64,000 nucleotides of DNA, taken from Paraspadella gotoi (Eukaryota; Animalia; Chaetognatha). The position numbers were made by a program, and so were the translations under genes. The stretch's first letter is position 1, and the number at the start of each line of letters is the position of its first letter. This document shows positions 49,942-62,403 of this stretch, piece by piece. The stretch is from contig CM119268.1 in NCBI GenBank assembly GCA_051294375.1, positions 16,756,467 to 16,820,466 of the forward strand, given 5' to 3'. The notes beneath the pieces were generated by a model, which saw only the letters and a list, made by a program, of their open reading frames with translations, was not told the origin of the DNA and did not search any database.

Positions 49942-50918
49942 CTCTCTCTCCAAACACATCGCGAGGGTCATCCAACCCCTCTTTCTCTCCCAGATTCTCC
50001 CTCACGTCTTTTCTCACTTAATTCGCAGCTAAAAAAAGAAGGAAGCAAAAAAAAAAAAGAAAAGCCATTTGGAGAAAACAGTTTTGAATGTCGGCCATAG
50101 ATTAAGAAAGAAGAAGAAGGGTAAAGAAAAAAAAAGAAAGAAAAATGGACGAAGAGCGAAAGAGCCAAGTTTTTATTATCCTGCCTGAGATTTAAAGTTC
50201 CCACGATAAACAAATTAAGAGTCTCATTACAAAACCAGTTTGTGTTGAGCCTTTTTTAAAAATTTATTCTTGGTAATCTATTGTAGGGTAAAAAATTATA
50301 CTATTTGGTCAACAAAGAAAAATTAAACTCTCCATAAAGGTTTTGCTCAATAAGGTTTAATTTAGATCCGTTGCCAAGGAAAAGTTGTTCGAACTATCCC
50401 CTTTCATCAAAGGGAAGAATCTAAAGGGGATTTTGTCTTCTCACCATCATTAGTGTTAGTCATGATTTGATGGTGTAAGAAATGTCGATTTATGATCTAT
50501 CGATTTTAAGATGATGAGTTTAAGCAAAGGGATGTAAGACGAGCATGCCATGTCTCATTTAGAATTGAGATTGTCATATATAAAAACTAGACAGTTTTAA
50601 AACTTGACTGTTGAAAAACTTTAAAAATGTATGTAAGAATTGGAAGCACGGACTACGGATTCAGTGGCTTCTTTTTACCTCTCGGTTAAACCGACGCAAA
50701 TCAGGTCGTTTTTATCATTTATGTTTCGTCAATCTCATTTTTTTCCCAGCATCTTTTTGTTCCCCTTCCTTCTTCCCTGGCTACTTTCCATTCATCCTTA
50801 TTTCTTTTCTTTTCTTATTCTTTCTTTCTTTCATTAAATCGTCTTTCAATTGAAATTTCCTCATCATCGATCTCAATTGACTTCGATTTTCGGTGCCATT
50901 CAACAACAGATGGAGAGA

Positions 50919-50973
<55 letters not shown>

Positions 50974-52710
50974 AAGAAAAAAATTTACGAACCGTGAAAT
51001 GCAAATTAAAAGCGGTGGGTATTGCTAAAATTCTGAGATTTTAAATACAATCTTTGTATTTGCAAATTATATTTTAGAATATAATATTATTTTATCACAT
51101 AAATCACGAAGCCAAGTCGAATGACAACCTTCTCCCAAACGTCTGATTACTTTTCCATGTCACTTCTCAGTTTGCATAAAAAAAAAGGAAATAAGTTGTG
51201 TTCTGTGATTTCTTGGAAATCGAGAAGCAAGGAATTTCTCGGTCGGTCGGTTTCGACTTAATTCCTCGCCTTGATTCGCTAAAACTGCCACCTAAGTTCT
51301 CTCCTCTTCTCTCCTCTTCTCTCTCTTTTTTCTTTTTCTTGTCTTTTCTTTCTTTCTCGTCTTGTTTTCCTTTTTTTATTTTCTTTCCTTTTTTCTCCTC
51401 TCTTCTTTTTTCTCTTTTTTCTTTACTTTTTTCTCAATTTTATCATATTTTCTTCTTCTTTCTTTTTTTTATCTTTTTTTTTCCCCTTGTTTTTTCTCCT
51501 TTCTTTTCTTCCTTTACTCGCATTACCCAAAAGTGGAGTGGTTTCGATTTCTATTTTGATTTGATTCCTAATTTTCGTGCTGTTTTTCCTTTTCCTTTCT
51601 TCCTTTTTCTTTCCAGATGGAATAACAAGTTTTTTCTTGCTTTCCTCCTCCTTTTTTTTTGCTTTTTTTTCCTCCCTTTCCTCCATATGTTTCTTTTTTT
51701 CCTAATTTTCTCCTTTTTTCCTCCTTCCTCCATCGTCTTTTTCCTTCTCATTTCCTCCTTCCTACATTTTCACCTTCTCTCCATTCTATCTGATTGCTTG
51801 GAAGTGAAATTGCACTTTCGTTGTCATAGCGACGATCAAACTACGATGCGAGTTCTAGGAACTGTGATTGGATTTTGGAATTGGAGTTTGGACGATTTTG
51901 TACGTCATGAGATCGAGTCGTTTTGCGCATTCAAAAGCTTCTAATGTCGAAATACTTTTTTTTAAATATTAAACAATGTGGCTTTTTAATCTTCGGCGGC
52001 AATGTCGAAACTTTGGCGCCGTTTAATTTGTCGGGAGCGAAGAGAACGGGGAATGTTTTCACGAAAGCGGTGAGATATCGAGTTCCTTGATTGTGGGTCG
52101 CCATAGTCATGAGAGTCATGGGTGACGTTGGGTGAAATATTCCTGCGAACCAATCTAAGATGACAATCCTTGTCGCTTTGACCTCTCTCGGATGACGCTT
52201 GACAGGTCGCGCACCCCTGAAGAAAAAAAAAAAAAAGACTCATGACCGAAAGGAAAAAGGTTGTGACGACTGACGCCAAAAAACGTCTAAGCGTCACGGA
52301 AAAGACGAAGTTTGATATGGAAAATATTATATTAGTATTCAATAGATTTTATAGTTCAGCGTTTCCTTTTTTCAAGCAGTTACCTACTAATGCAAAAATA
52401 CAATCTCTTTTTAGAATTACACTGTTAATGTGGAGCATCTTCGTTAAAATTGTAAAAAAATACATGACAAATCTGCTCTACATCAAAATATGTGAAATGC
52501 GCCACCATGCGAATCTTGGATCTTACCTATGTCCATTGAATACTGACCAAACCTTAAAAATCTCCCTTTAAAAAGTCGCGCATCCTTTCCCGAACTCCCA
52601 TCGTTTTCCCAGAGCAACTTTTGCTTATCTTTGATCAACTCTCTTCTTCCTCGTTTTCCTCGACAAATTCACGAGTCACCGACTTTTGTTGCCGTCGTAA
52701 CGCCAAAAGT

Positions 52711-52754
<44 letters not shown>

Positions 52755-53402
52755 GCTCGTTGAAGACCAGGGTCAGTGTGTCCCCTATCTCATCTCAGAT
52801 CCACCGCTGTTTTTTCACCAAAAAATTCCGAGTGGCTTTTTCCTTAATTTCTTTAAAATCTCTCGGCAATTTCCAGCCAGATTCGCATTCCCAATTCGCT
52901 GTCTAACTCTGGACGGGACGCTGCCCCTTTGCACAGTCGTGCCAACTAAACTCGGTTCAGCCTTAAACAACGCCGACTCGGATTTCAATCCTCTCCAACC
53001 GCGACTTTTATGAGGACACTCCGCCAACAGCCCGGCGGGGCACGCCCCTCCTCTCATTCACTGGGACGTCTTAAATAATCGGGGAGCGCTCTGTCGTTTA
53101 AAATTCTAGAATCTCTGGCAGTGGCCACTTTGGAAATCCACAAGGCCGCATCGTCGGTCTCTATTTAGACTCGTCTTAGCACTCCCACACCACTCTTCGA
53201 CTCTCTACGATACCTCGCCACACTTCAGAATACGACCCTCGATTACTTCACGTCACTCTCCATGACACTTCATCACTCTCCACTCTCCACTCTAGACAGT
53301 AGACACCCCAAACACTGCACACCATTTCACAACTGTCCTAGATACTCCATTTCCACTCCATCACTCCTCTACCACTCTGCCTCCACACTTCGTCTCTCCC
53401 AG

Positions 53403-53662
53403 AAGGCAATCGGTCGTTCCAACGATATTAAAGGGGCGAGGGTCATCGGTATCGGTGCTCGGGTGCTTCCGAACCGACTTCCTCAACTAATTGACGCCGC
53501 CCAACCTACCGCCGCCCTTCCTTACCTCCGAAACGACGGAGTTCGGCGTCCTCTCGCCCCGCGGTTACCAAGGAGACCGGCCGGGGAAGATTTAGCGCTG
53601 AGTCAACGCTTCCCTTATCTGCTCTGTTCCACATGGTTTTTGGAGAACGGTGGGTTACAGGT
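53403..53662 (+). other. Possible plus-strand exon (coding status unknown)
   Basis: Long C-rich tract ending CTCTCCCAG (like the intron end before exon 201), GC-rich body, and donor-like CAG|GTGTAAG or GT|GTAAGG. No recognisable domain. Confidence 0.25.
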
Positions 53663-54157
53663 GTAAGGAACTGGAGTTACATAAGGCTTTCTTGTCTTTC
53701 TTTTTTTTATAATCATATTCCTGTCCCTGGTATTTTCCCTTTTTTTTTCCACGATTTTCGTTCGTTAATGTCATCTGCTTTCTTTTTACACGACCGAACG
53801 CCATACTGCTCTGCTCTACGGAACTGCGGCTGTTGTGCGCAACGAGACCGTCTTTTATTACCAATCCAGTCATGTGGGAGAAATCTGTTTGAGACTTCGA
53901 GGCTGAGAAGAGGAAAAGGTCGGCCTGAGTGGGGATTGAAGTAGGTGACGGAAAAGTGGAAAGGTGGGGGGGGGGAATAGAAAAAAGAAAGAATGAATTA
54001 AAGAAAGAGAGAGAGAAGTAATTAAAGGTGGGAAGAAAGGAAAGAAGAGGAAAATATAATATGATTATAAAATTTTATGATAATTAGAACAGAAATAATC
54101 ATAATTACATAAAATAATGAAAATAAAAAATAATAATAAAATATCATTAAAGTAGTA

Positions 54158-54158
<1 letters not shown>

Positions 54159-54254
<96 letters not shown>
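54159..54254. repeat. (AAT)n microsatellite
   Basis: Directly visible. Confidence 0.97.
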
Positions 54255-54255
<1 letters not shown>

Positions 54256-57152
54256 TTGCCAATAAAATATTACTTAAAGGGGTCACGAAAACTTTCTCTC
54301 ATCGCCGTTTGTTCCCGCGCAAAGAAGTTAATGTGATTTAGGAAACGTTTCTCCATAGAACAGCGACGGTAACTAATTAAGGCGGCGCCACTCGCGTTTC
54401 TCGGCCCTCGACTTTTAAGATTCCATCGCGGCGTCTTAACGAGTTGGCATCGAGAGGTGAAACTTTTTTTTTGGCTGCGTCGACGGAAACTTAAATAGGT
54501 TTTTCCCTCGATATGTGAACGTGAACTTACCACGTCATCTCACATCTCACATCTGAACGTGAACTTACCACATCATCTCACACGCTCTGTTGGATGGTTT
54601 GTGAATGTGTTACAATTTGACTTATAAGAGCATAACATTTATTTTAATCTTCGCCTTCACTCTTGGATAAATATTTGGTTAAAAACAGAAAAAAACATAT
54701 GAAACTTCTAATGTTGGACATAAAGTCATAAACCCGGGTTAGTTTCTTTCAGAAACCAACTATGAAAATGAGATTTTGCCAACTTTTAAGTGAAGGAGCG
54801 AGAAATCGCGATCTCTTCACGTGAAATTTAATAGTTCAAATCGCGGTCGGTCCAATGATCACGTCACCTTGCCGAATGCCGTCTGCAGATATTTAAAATA
54901 AATATCATTAATAAGTTTTTATTTATTAAATCTGCATAAAAATAACGAAATAAAATGTCATTTTTTTTTCTGATTTTTACCTAATAAATTTATATACGTA
55001 TATCGGTCAATGGTCCTTGATAGTTAAAATCGTGAGAGTAATGATGGTACGGGAAACTCGTAAAAAAACTTTGAAACAATTAAGCGAATAAACTATTAAC
55101 TGAAGAGCAGAGAAGAAGAAAATGTAAATGGCCGCGATTATGCCTCTAAGGAAACATAAGGAGCCGGCCCTGAATTCTCTTTTGGCCTCAGAAACTTCAT
55201 CCGACTTTAGATTATGATTGAGATTAGATAGTTTGCCTATCTGAAGGCGGTTTTTATTCCTATTCAAAATTCAAAATTTAAATAAAACATGAAAAACCGG
55301 TACGACATTTTAAATTTAGATTTTAAACTAAACGGTTGTTGGGTCTTATAGTCAAAATAGTAAAAAGAGTTGCTTTATATGACGCACGCATCACGAGGCT
55401 TCAGCTCTGATGGAATCCATTAACGCTTCCTTCCTGAGATATGATGAGGGCCATTTACGACATTGGCTTCTCCTCGATTGATCAGGGCGTGAAATTAAAA
55501 TCATTTTTTCAACAGACTGTTTATTTATTTATTTTTTTTTTTTACAAAGTTTTTCCACTTTATAACCTTAGTATTTTCCTCTTTTTTTATTTTTTTTCAT
55601 TGTTTTTCTCTCATTATCGAGCAGTCAAGTGTCTCTCCAAGCAGCTTCTTTTTTTTTATCAAGAATAAATATATTTTATTCTTAAACATTTATTATTCTT
55701 TTCTACTCTAATAACACAGATGTTAATAGGAGATTTTGGTTTTATCCAAAAAAGTAGTTTAAAATCGGCCTCAATATATTTCTGGTGCCTGATTGGTCCT
55801 CGTATTTGTGAACCACTAAACGGTTTACGGTCTTCACGAAACGGGAAATCATTGAAGAATCACGAGACGCGGGAAGAAAGAAAGAAAGAGAATCGAGGGA
55901 AAAAGGAAGAAAACTAATCTCGACAAAAGAACGGGAATGAGGTGAGGAGGTCAGTGGAGGAGGAGGTGAAGGAGGAGGAAGAAGAAGAGGAGGAGGAAAA
56001 TTAGAAGAGGAAAGTGAAGGGAGGTCAGAAAAGCCGTTCGCTTCCCTCACCTTTCCTCCGTCACGCCCTACGGTCTCCAGATTTTCCTCCCCCCCGTCTT
56101 CTCGATATAAGTGGGTCACTAATGTGGCTTTTCACTCCTGAAATACCCAAAGGCAAAGCGAGGCGTGTTTCCTTCCAATCTCAAAACTCTCCAAATTCTT
56201 TCTTATTTTCAAGCAATTTTAGCTATTTTTCTCACCTATTCTTACTTCTCTCCCTCTCTACTTTCATTTACTTTCTTTTCTTCTCTATAATTTCATTCCC
56301 GCGCCTTCGCTTCAACACTCTTTCCTTCTACTCTCACTCTTCTCTTTTCTCCTATGTCCCTTTCTTTTCACTCCAGCCACCCATCGCCGCATCGCCCCTT
56401 TCTCGCTCCATACGCACGCTTTTCCTGCCACCTCCACCATCACCCTTACCTCGCAACTCCCGCAATTTCCCGCGCCAGCCTCGATCCGAGTTTGAGGTGA
56501 AATGGGTTCATTTCGATTTGGTCGCCAGGTATTTCGGCGGTTAATCGAAAAAATGGGATTGCTCGTACGGCAGTCGTTGTCCTCGTCGTCGTCGGCGCGT
56601 AGGAATTTTCCTTTTACTCATTAGAAAATAAATAATTGCTCCACTGTTAGTAATGTAATCGCTTCGCTTCGATTATGAATTAGCCCCAGTTTGATATATA
56701 AAAATTTTTCTGTTGCCCATGTAAATCAGAATAAACATATCATTAATTCTTTTTTTGGCCACTCTCTCTCTCTCTCGCTTGCGTCACACGCTGTGCGAAG
56801 GAGGACGAAAAGAAACTCATTTTTTTCTGCCCAGAAATAATAAAAAAAAAAAAAATCTCCATCTTTTCTTTTTTTCGTGCGAGATAAAAATATCTTCGCG
56901 CCATTGCCTCGGCCATTTGTAGAATTGCCACCCGTCAGATTGGAAGAGATAACGAGGGTCGCTTAATCGCGAAGAAGCGATGAACGATGAAGTATCATTA
57001 GCAAAATATATGTAAGGATTTATAAGGATAGGATGTGATATGATATGATTTAATCAAGAGCAAAGAAAGAATAGTTATAATGACCTGGCCGGCAACACAG
57101 CGAGCAGAAATCTTGCTCTCGCAAGCGGTAAGCAAAAAATTCTGCTTAGCGA

Positions 57153-57217
<65 letters not shown>

Positions 57218-57396
57218 GTTACGTCGTATCTCTCTTATTTTCGTTCTTTCTGTGCAATGAGAGGTCATTTAAAGTACCCACGGCCGAAATATTTTTCAAT
57301 CTAATGTTCGTATTCATTCAATTAAATTCATTCAATTTTAATTTTTCGCACTTATAGTTTGTAATAATTAATCTCTCCTTCATTTCTTCTTTTTAG

Positions 57397-57640
57397 TAAT
57401 GGAAATATTCGACGTCGTCTCCTTCTCTGCAATCTTCTTCTTTCTCCTCTTCCTCTTTTTTCGCCTCAATCGATTCTTCGGCGCCAAAATTCAAACTCTT
57501 CACGAATTTCTGCATCGAATCGAAAATATCGAAAACGAGGCAGTAAACAATAGGCATCCGGACGGTGGCGCCGCCAAGCAAGATTAATAACCGAAGCCGA
57601 GAAAAAATGAAGAAAAATCACGAAAATAGTTTCGCTGAAG
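57397..57640 (+). other. Possible plus-strand exon containing a 62-aa hydrophobic small ORF
   Basis: Polypyrimidine TTTTAG acceptor and GAAG|GTAAGA donor. ORF 57399-57587, plus a late ATG at 57607 open to the donor. Confidence 0.35.
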
Positions 57641-57744
57641 GTAAGATTATTGTCTTCAAGAGTTCTTCTCGTTAGACTTTTTTATTTTGGAAGATTGTAC
57701 CTGTTATGAAGAGCGATTCAAAATGTTTAGAAGGAGAGAGAGAA

Positions 57745-57833
<89 letters not shown>

Positions 57834-58509
57834 AGAGAGAGGAGAGAGGAGAGAGGAGAGAGGAGAGATAATAATCGTGCGATAACTGAGATCGACTGCA
57901 AAAGATTTCGCTTCACTATTTTTGGCGAAAAGAAACAATTAGGATATGCTTTAAATTTAACGTCAAATTTTGTATGAAATTATTTTGTTTCAAATTAACC
58001 GCCCGGTCGACCGACCGACCAAGTTTGTTCTTTCAAAAGAACTCACTCGCAGCCGCATATAGTTTATCTCAATTAAGAGGGTCGCGTGCAGTCACGACTC
58101 ATTAAAAATTCAAGGAAGATTCTGATCGGAATTGCATGGGATTCAACGTCGAGCGGATCGGCTGGAGCTGGAAAAAAAAAGAAGCGGGAAACGGATCGGG
58201 AAAGGAGCGGGAAAAGGGAGAAGAAAGAGGAGCAAAGATGTTCGATAAAATAAGCAGGAAAAAGGGGGAAACAGAAAAGAGAATATGGATAAAATGGGAG
58301 AAAGCCGTTGATGAAAAAAACAAAGCGGCGTCGGTTAACAAAAAATATTATTAAGATAATTAATCTTTGCTGAACAAAAAGGGAGAAGCAACAAACAAAG
58401 AAAAACGACAATGAGCGAATGGTGTTCTTAAAAAAGTCAAAAATTCTGTTTTACCGAAGTATAATTTTAAGTTGGAAATAAAAAGTTCTGTTTCTGTCAT
58501 TTTACCGAC

Positions 58510-58722
58510 ATTTTACCTTCTACTTTTTGTCCTTTTGACCTTTGACCTTCGACTTTTCGTGAATTTGATTTATGACCTCTGACTTTTCGTCCTTTTGACC
58601 TTCTACTTTTCACCCTTTTGACCTTGACCTTTGACTTTTCGTCCTTATTATCTTTGACCTTCCATTTTTCTTCTTTTTGACCTTTGACCTTCTACTTTTC
58701 GTCTCTTTGACCTTTGACCTTC
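58510..58722. repeat. TGACCT(T)-rich minisatellite (AGGTCA half-site array)
   Basis: 11 perfect TGACCT hexamers between 58536 and 58720, including three perfect DR1 (TGACCTTTGACCT). Confidence 0.9.
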
Positions 58723-58974
58723 GAGATTTAATCGGCGAGCAAAGATCGAGTTGATCCACCTTGCTCTCTATCGTACTGGGAATTAAATGGATCTAATAAA
58801 ACCGTAAGTAGATGAGACTAACGGAGAATTTAATGGAAATTCACGCTTTAGAATAATTTAAGTATATTTTTAATTATAATCATTAGGTTTTAAAAAGATA
58901 ATCTTTTGAAAGAACTTAATCATTTCACAACAATAAAGACGGCTATCGAGAAATGTAGAACATGTCTTTCTCTC

Positions 58975-59018
<44 letters not shown>

Positions 59019-60626
59019 TTTCTCTCTCTCTCTCCCCCTCTCTCTCTCTTCCATTTTATCCTCTCCGTTTCTTTTTGCCCTTGACCGGGAGCGTGGCTAT
59101 TACCTATTCAAGGTCAGGAGGAGATGGAGTAAAACGAGGAGGAGGAGGAAAAGGAGCAGAACTGGAGGAGCAAAAGGAGCAAGAGAGGAGAGCCGAGCCA
59201 CGTCGGAGGTGGACCAGATACCCAAAGAGGGAGACAGAGTGAGAGAGGATCGATATAATGTGACTGGAATTCTTATGGTCTCCCTGGGAATTTCATCTCT
59301 CTCTCTTTCTTTCTCTTTCTCTTTCAACATAGAACACAATATGAGAACTTCATGCAATTTTTTTCTCAACCTCTCTTTTTCTCTCCTTTTTACCTTTTCC
59401 GTTTCTTTCCTTGCTTTTTTTCACTTCTTTTTCACTCGCCCCTTCTATCTCACAGTTTCACAAGCCGCATCAGGAATCGTCCCTTCATTTTCTATCCTTT
59501 GTCTCTTTAATTTTCGCTTCTGCCTTCACTCCTCATTTATTGCCAAGGTTTTCCCCTTTTTTCTTTTCCCTTCTCGTTTTTTTGCCAACGATGTTTTTCA
59601 ATTACTATGTATCGCGATTTTGTTTGTTTTACTAATCTCTATACTTACACTCAAGTATTTTCATTGACTCTAATTTGCACGTTTTGCCACTTACAAAAAT
59701 AGATTAACCAGCGATGGAAATTAGACATTTAACTAACATTAACCTTGACTTTTCTTTCTTCCGTTTTTATGAACAATTTTGTTAGAGCGTTCACAGCAGT
59801 AGACAGGGGCATTTTCAAAGCTGTCGGCGGCCGGCGTTCGGCGTTGTTTCGACGTTTAAATACTGTTAACAGAAAACTTTTACTGTCATTTTTAATTCAC
59901 TGAATTCAATTGTAAATTTTTTGCTTCATTTTATAACAAACAAAAATAATCCTTTCTCAAGACTAAAAGCCAACAAATATTGCAAATTCATCGAGGGACG
60001 AACTATTTTTTTTCCTCACCCTTTCCTGAATGCTACTCTTCTTCTTTCTAAAATCTTATTATCGCACTACCACGCAACTACTCCTCCCAATACATCTGAT
60101 TCTTTTTCTCCCAATCGGCTCACTCCTCGCTTGTTTCTGCGCTGAATCGGCTGCGATATCGAATGTCATTTTCGGATTCCTATTTCTCTCTTTCGGAATC
60201 CTTCGCGCATTTTCTCGGTCTTGCAAGAGTCGTCCCCATTTCTCGATGTCATTCCTAATTCCCATTTCGCGATGTCATTCCTAATTGCCCGCTTCCGTAA
60301 AGTCTTTTCACGTCCGGGTCACCGGTTACCAATATCAGAGTCATGCTCTTACGAATTCTGCCCATCAGGATATACTCTGTTTCTGTCCTACCTATCACCA
60401 ACTGGAGTTTTCCCCAAGAGACAATCTGATCCTATTTGACGAAACCGTTTAACCATTGACCCATTTACCGGGGAGACTACTCGTTCAACCGGCTTGTTCG
60501 CGGACATGAATATTTTTGACCCAGCTCGATGCTTGTACTGATGAGTGGAAAATGGTAGAGGCTGTCATTCGATCTCTCTCATTGTCTTTCCCTTCCCTCT
60601 CTCTCTCTCTCTCTTTTTCTCTCTCT

Positions 60627-60700
<74 letters not shown>

Positions 60701-60904
60701 CACTCTCCTTCCCGCTTTAAATTTCACTCGACTAAGGATCTCTCTCCATGTCGCCCGGATTCAATGGGAGCCTTTTATGCGCATAATCTTCCCTACGAAT
60801 GACAGTCGATGCCTAAAAACATGGAGGGGGTTTGAGAGAGTGTGTGAGACAATGAGCGGCGGTGAATTTCGATTACCTCTCTCTCTCTCTCTCCTCTCTC
60901 TTCT

Positions 60905-60977
<73 letters not shown>

Positions 60978-61318
60978 CTCTCTTTCTTTCATATCAACTG
61001 TCAAAATTTCTTTTCTTGAAACAAGAAAGGTATTCAATTCTTCGTAATCTCCTTGGCGAATCTCTAATTTGGTGCAAAGAAAATGGCTGGAGAGAAGACG
61101 AAACAAGTTCAGGGAAATGAGACTTTAAAAGGCAAAGTTGATTTTGTCGTTTAGTTAAAAATGTGGGACTCGTGGGAGCTATATGTATATTGTATAACTA
61201 TAAAAATAAAGTTATGATGTTTTATCTTTCTTTTCGCTGCATTCTAAAGGTAAATAAGAAAAGATAAATTAAAAAAAGGAAATTTAACCCAGTAAGTGGA
61301 TAAATTATTGAGTAGATT

Positions 61319-61762
61319 TGTAGCTTCCGATCCCTGGCACCAAAATTATACTTGTTGAATTACTTATATTAAAAGGAAGCTAATATTTAGTAGATCATCT
61401 CGGAATGATAGCAACGCCTTTTGTTTATATATTGATCACCTATAAATCAGATCGACAGCACCAATTAGGATATTGGTGACCTCTTGTGATCAAGTCAATG
61501 TTATTAAGATTCTTTTGGTTCTTTCTCATTCAAGACCTGTTCCTATCAAATGATTAACGGTGCCAGGGTACCCACAAAAATAACCTACAACTGGTGAGCC
61601 CAACGTGATTCGAACACGCAACCTTCTGATCTGATTTATAGGTGATCAATATATAAACAAAAGGCGTTGCTATCATTCCGAGATGATCTACTAAATATTA
61701 GCTTCTTTTTAATATAAGTAATTCAACAAGTATAATTTTGGTGCCAGGGATCGGAAGCTACA
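61319..61762 (+). mobile_element. LTR-retrotransposon-derived foldback insertion: LTR + extended tRNA-Trp PBS + inverted half-LTR
   Basis: TGTAG...CTACA LTR at 61319-61589 with TATAAAT. PBS 2 nt downstream. Inverted copy of the first 135 bp at 61628-61762 (1 mismatch). GATT duplicated on both flanks. Confidence 0.85.
61592..61633 (-). pseudogene. 3' half (positions 35-76, including CCA) of tRNA-Trp
   Basis: Minus strand CAGATCAGAAGGTTGCGTGTTCGAATCACGTTGGGCTCACCA matches the eukaryotic tRNA-Trp(CCA) anticodon-arm 3' side, T-arm and acceptor strand as I recall them. The encoded CCA implies copying from mature tRNA. Confidence 0.88.
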
Positions 61763-61782
61763 GATTATTTCTAGAAAGTTTT

Positions 61783-61917
61783 CTAATGAGGATTAATAAA
61801 AAATGTCTAATGTCTAATGTCTAATGAGGATTAATAAAAAATGTCTAATGTCTAATGTCTAATGAGGATTAATAAAAAATGTCTAATGTCCAATGTCTAA
61901 TGAGGATTAATAAAAAA
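61783..61917. repeat. 38-bp tandem repeat, about 3.5 copies
   Basis: CTAATGAGGATTAATAAAAAATGTCTAATGTCTAATGT starting at 61783, 61821, 61859 and 61897. Confidence 0.95.
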
Positions 61918-62315
61918 AACGATGGAATAAAAAAAACAAAAAAAACAACGACGGAATGGAAATGAAGAAGAAGAGAAAACAGGAAAAAGGAGAAGTAAGG
62001 GAAGAAAGAAAAACGGGTAAGTCTTCTTTTCTCCGCGGAAGGACGAGTGGGAGGTGAGTTTAATGACGCGGAAAATGAGTTACAACTCGGAATGACCGAC
62101 TCGTAAACCGGAGAAAACCGAAGTGGGAGAGTGAGCACTCAGCAGTTGGGTGGGAGTGGGGACTCAAACTTCTCTTGCGGAATTGCAATTTTTCTCGAAA
62201 TGTTTTCTTTCTGTTTTCCTTTGTTTTTTTTTCTTAAACTTCTTTTCATTCTGAAATAACACAGAAACTTGATATTTTTTTTTTTAAGTTTTTTTCCTTT
62301 CTTGCATTAGTAGCA

Positions 62316-62403
<88 letters not shown>

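Noticed and set aside
60538-60560. CTGATGAG as a fifth hammerhead core
   Set aside because: No stem II or correctly placed GAAA and cleavage triplet.
61592-61633. Functional tRNA-Trp gene
   Set aside because: Only the 3' half is present (no D-arm or A-box), and the CCA is encoded.
61783-61917. CRISPR-like array
   Set aside because: No unique spacers, no cas genes, eukaryotic context.
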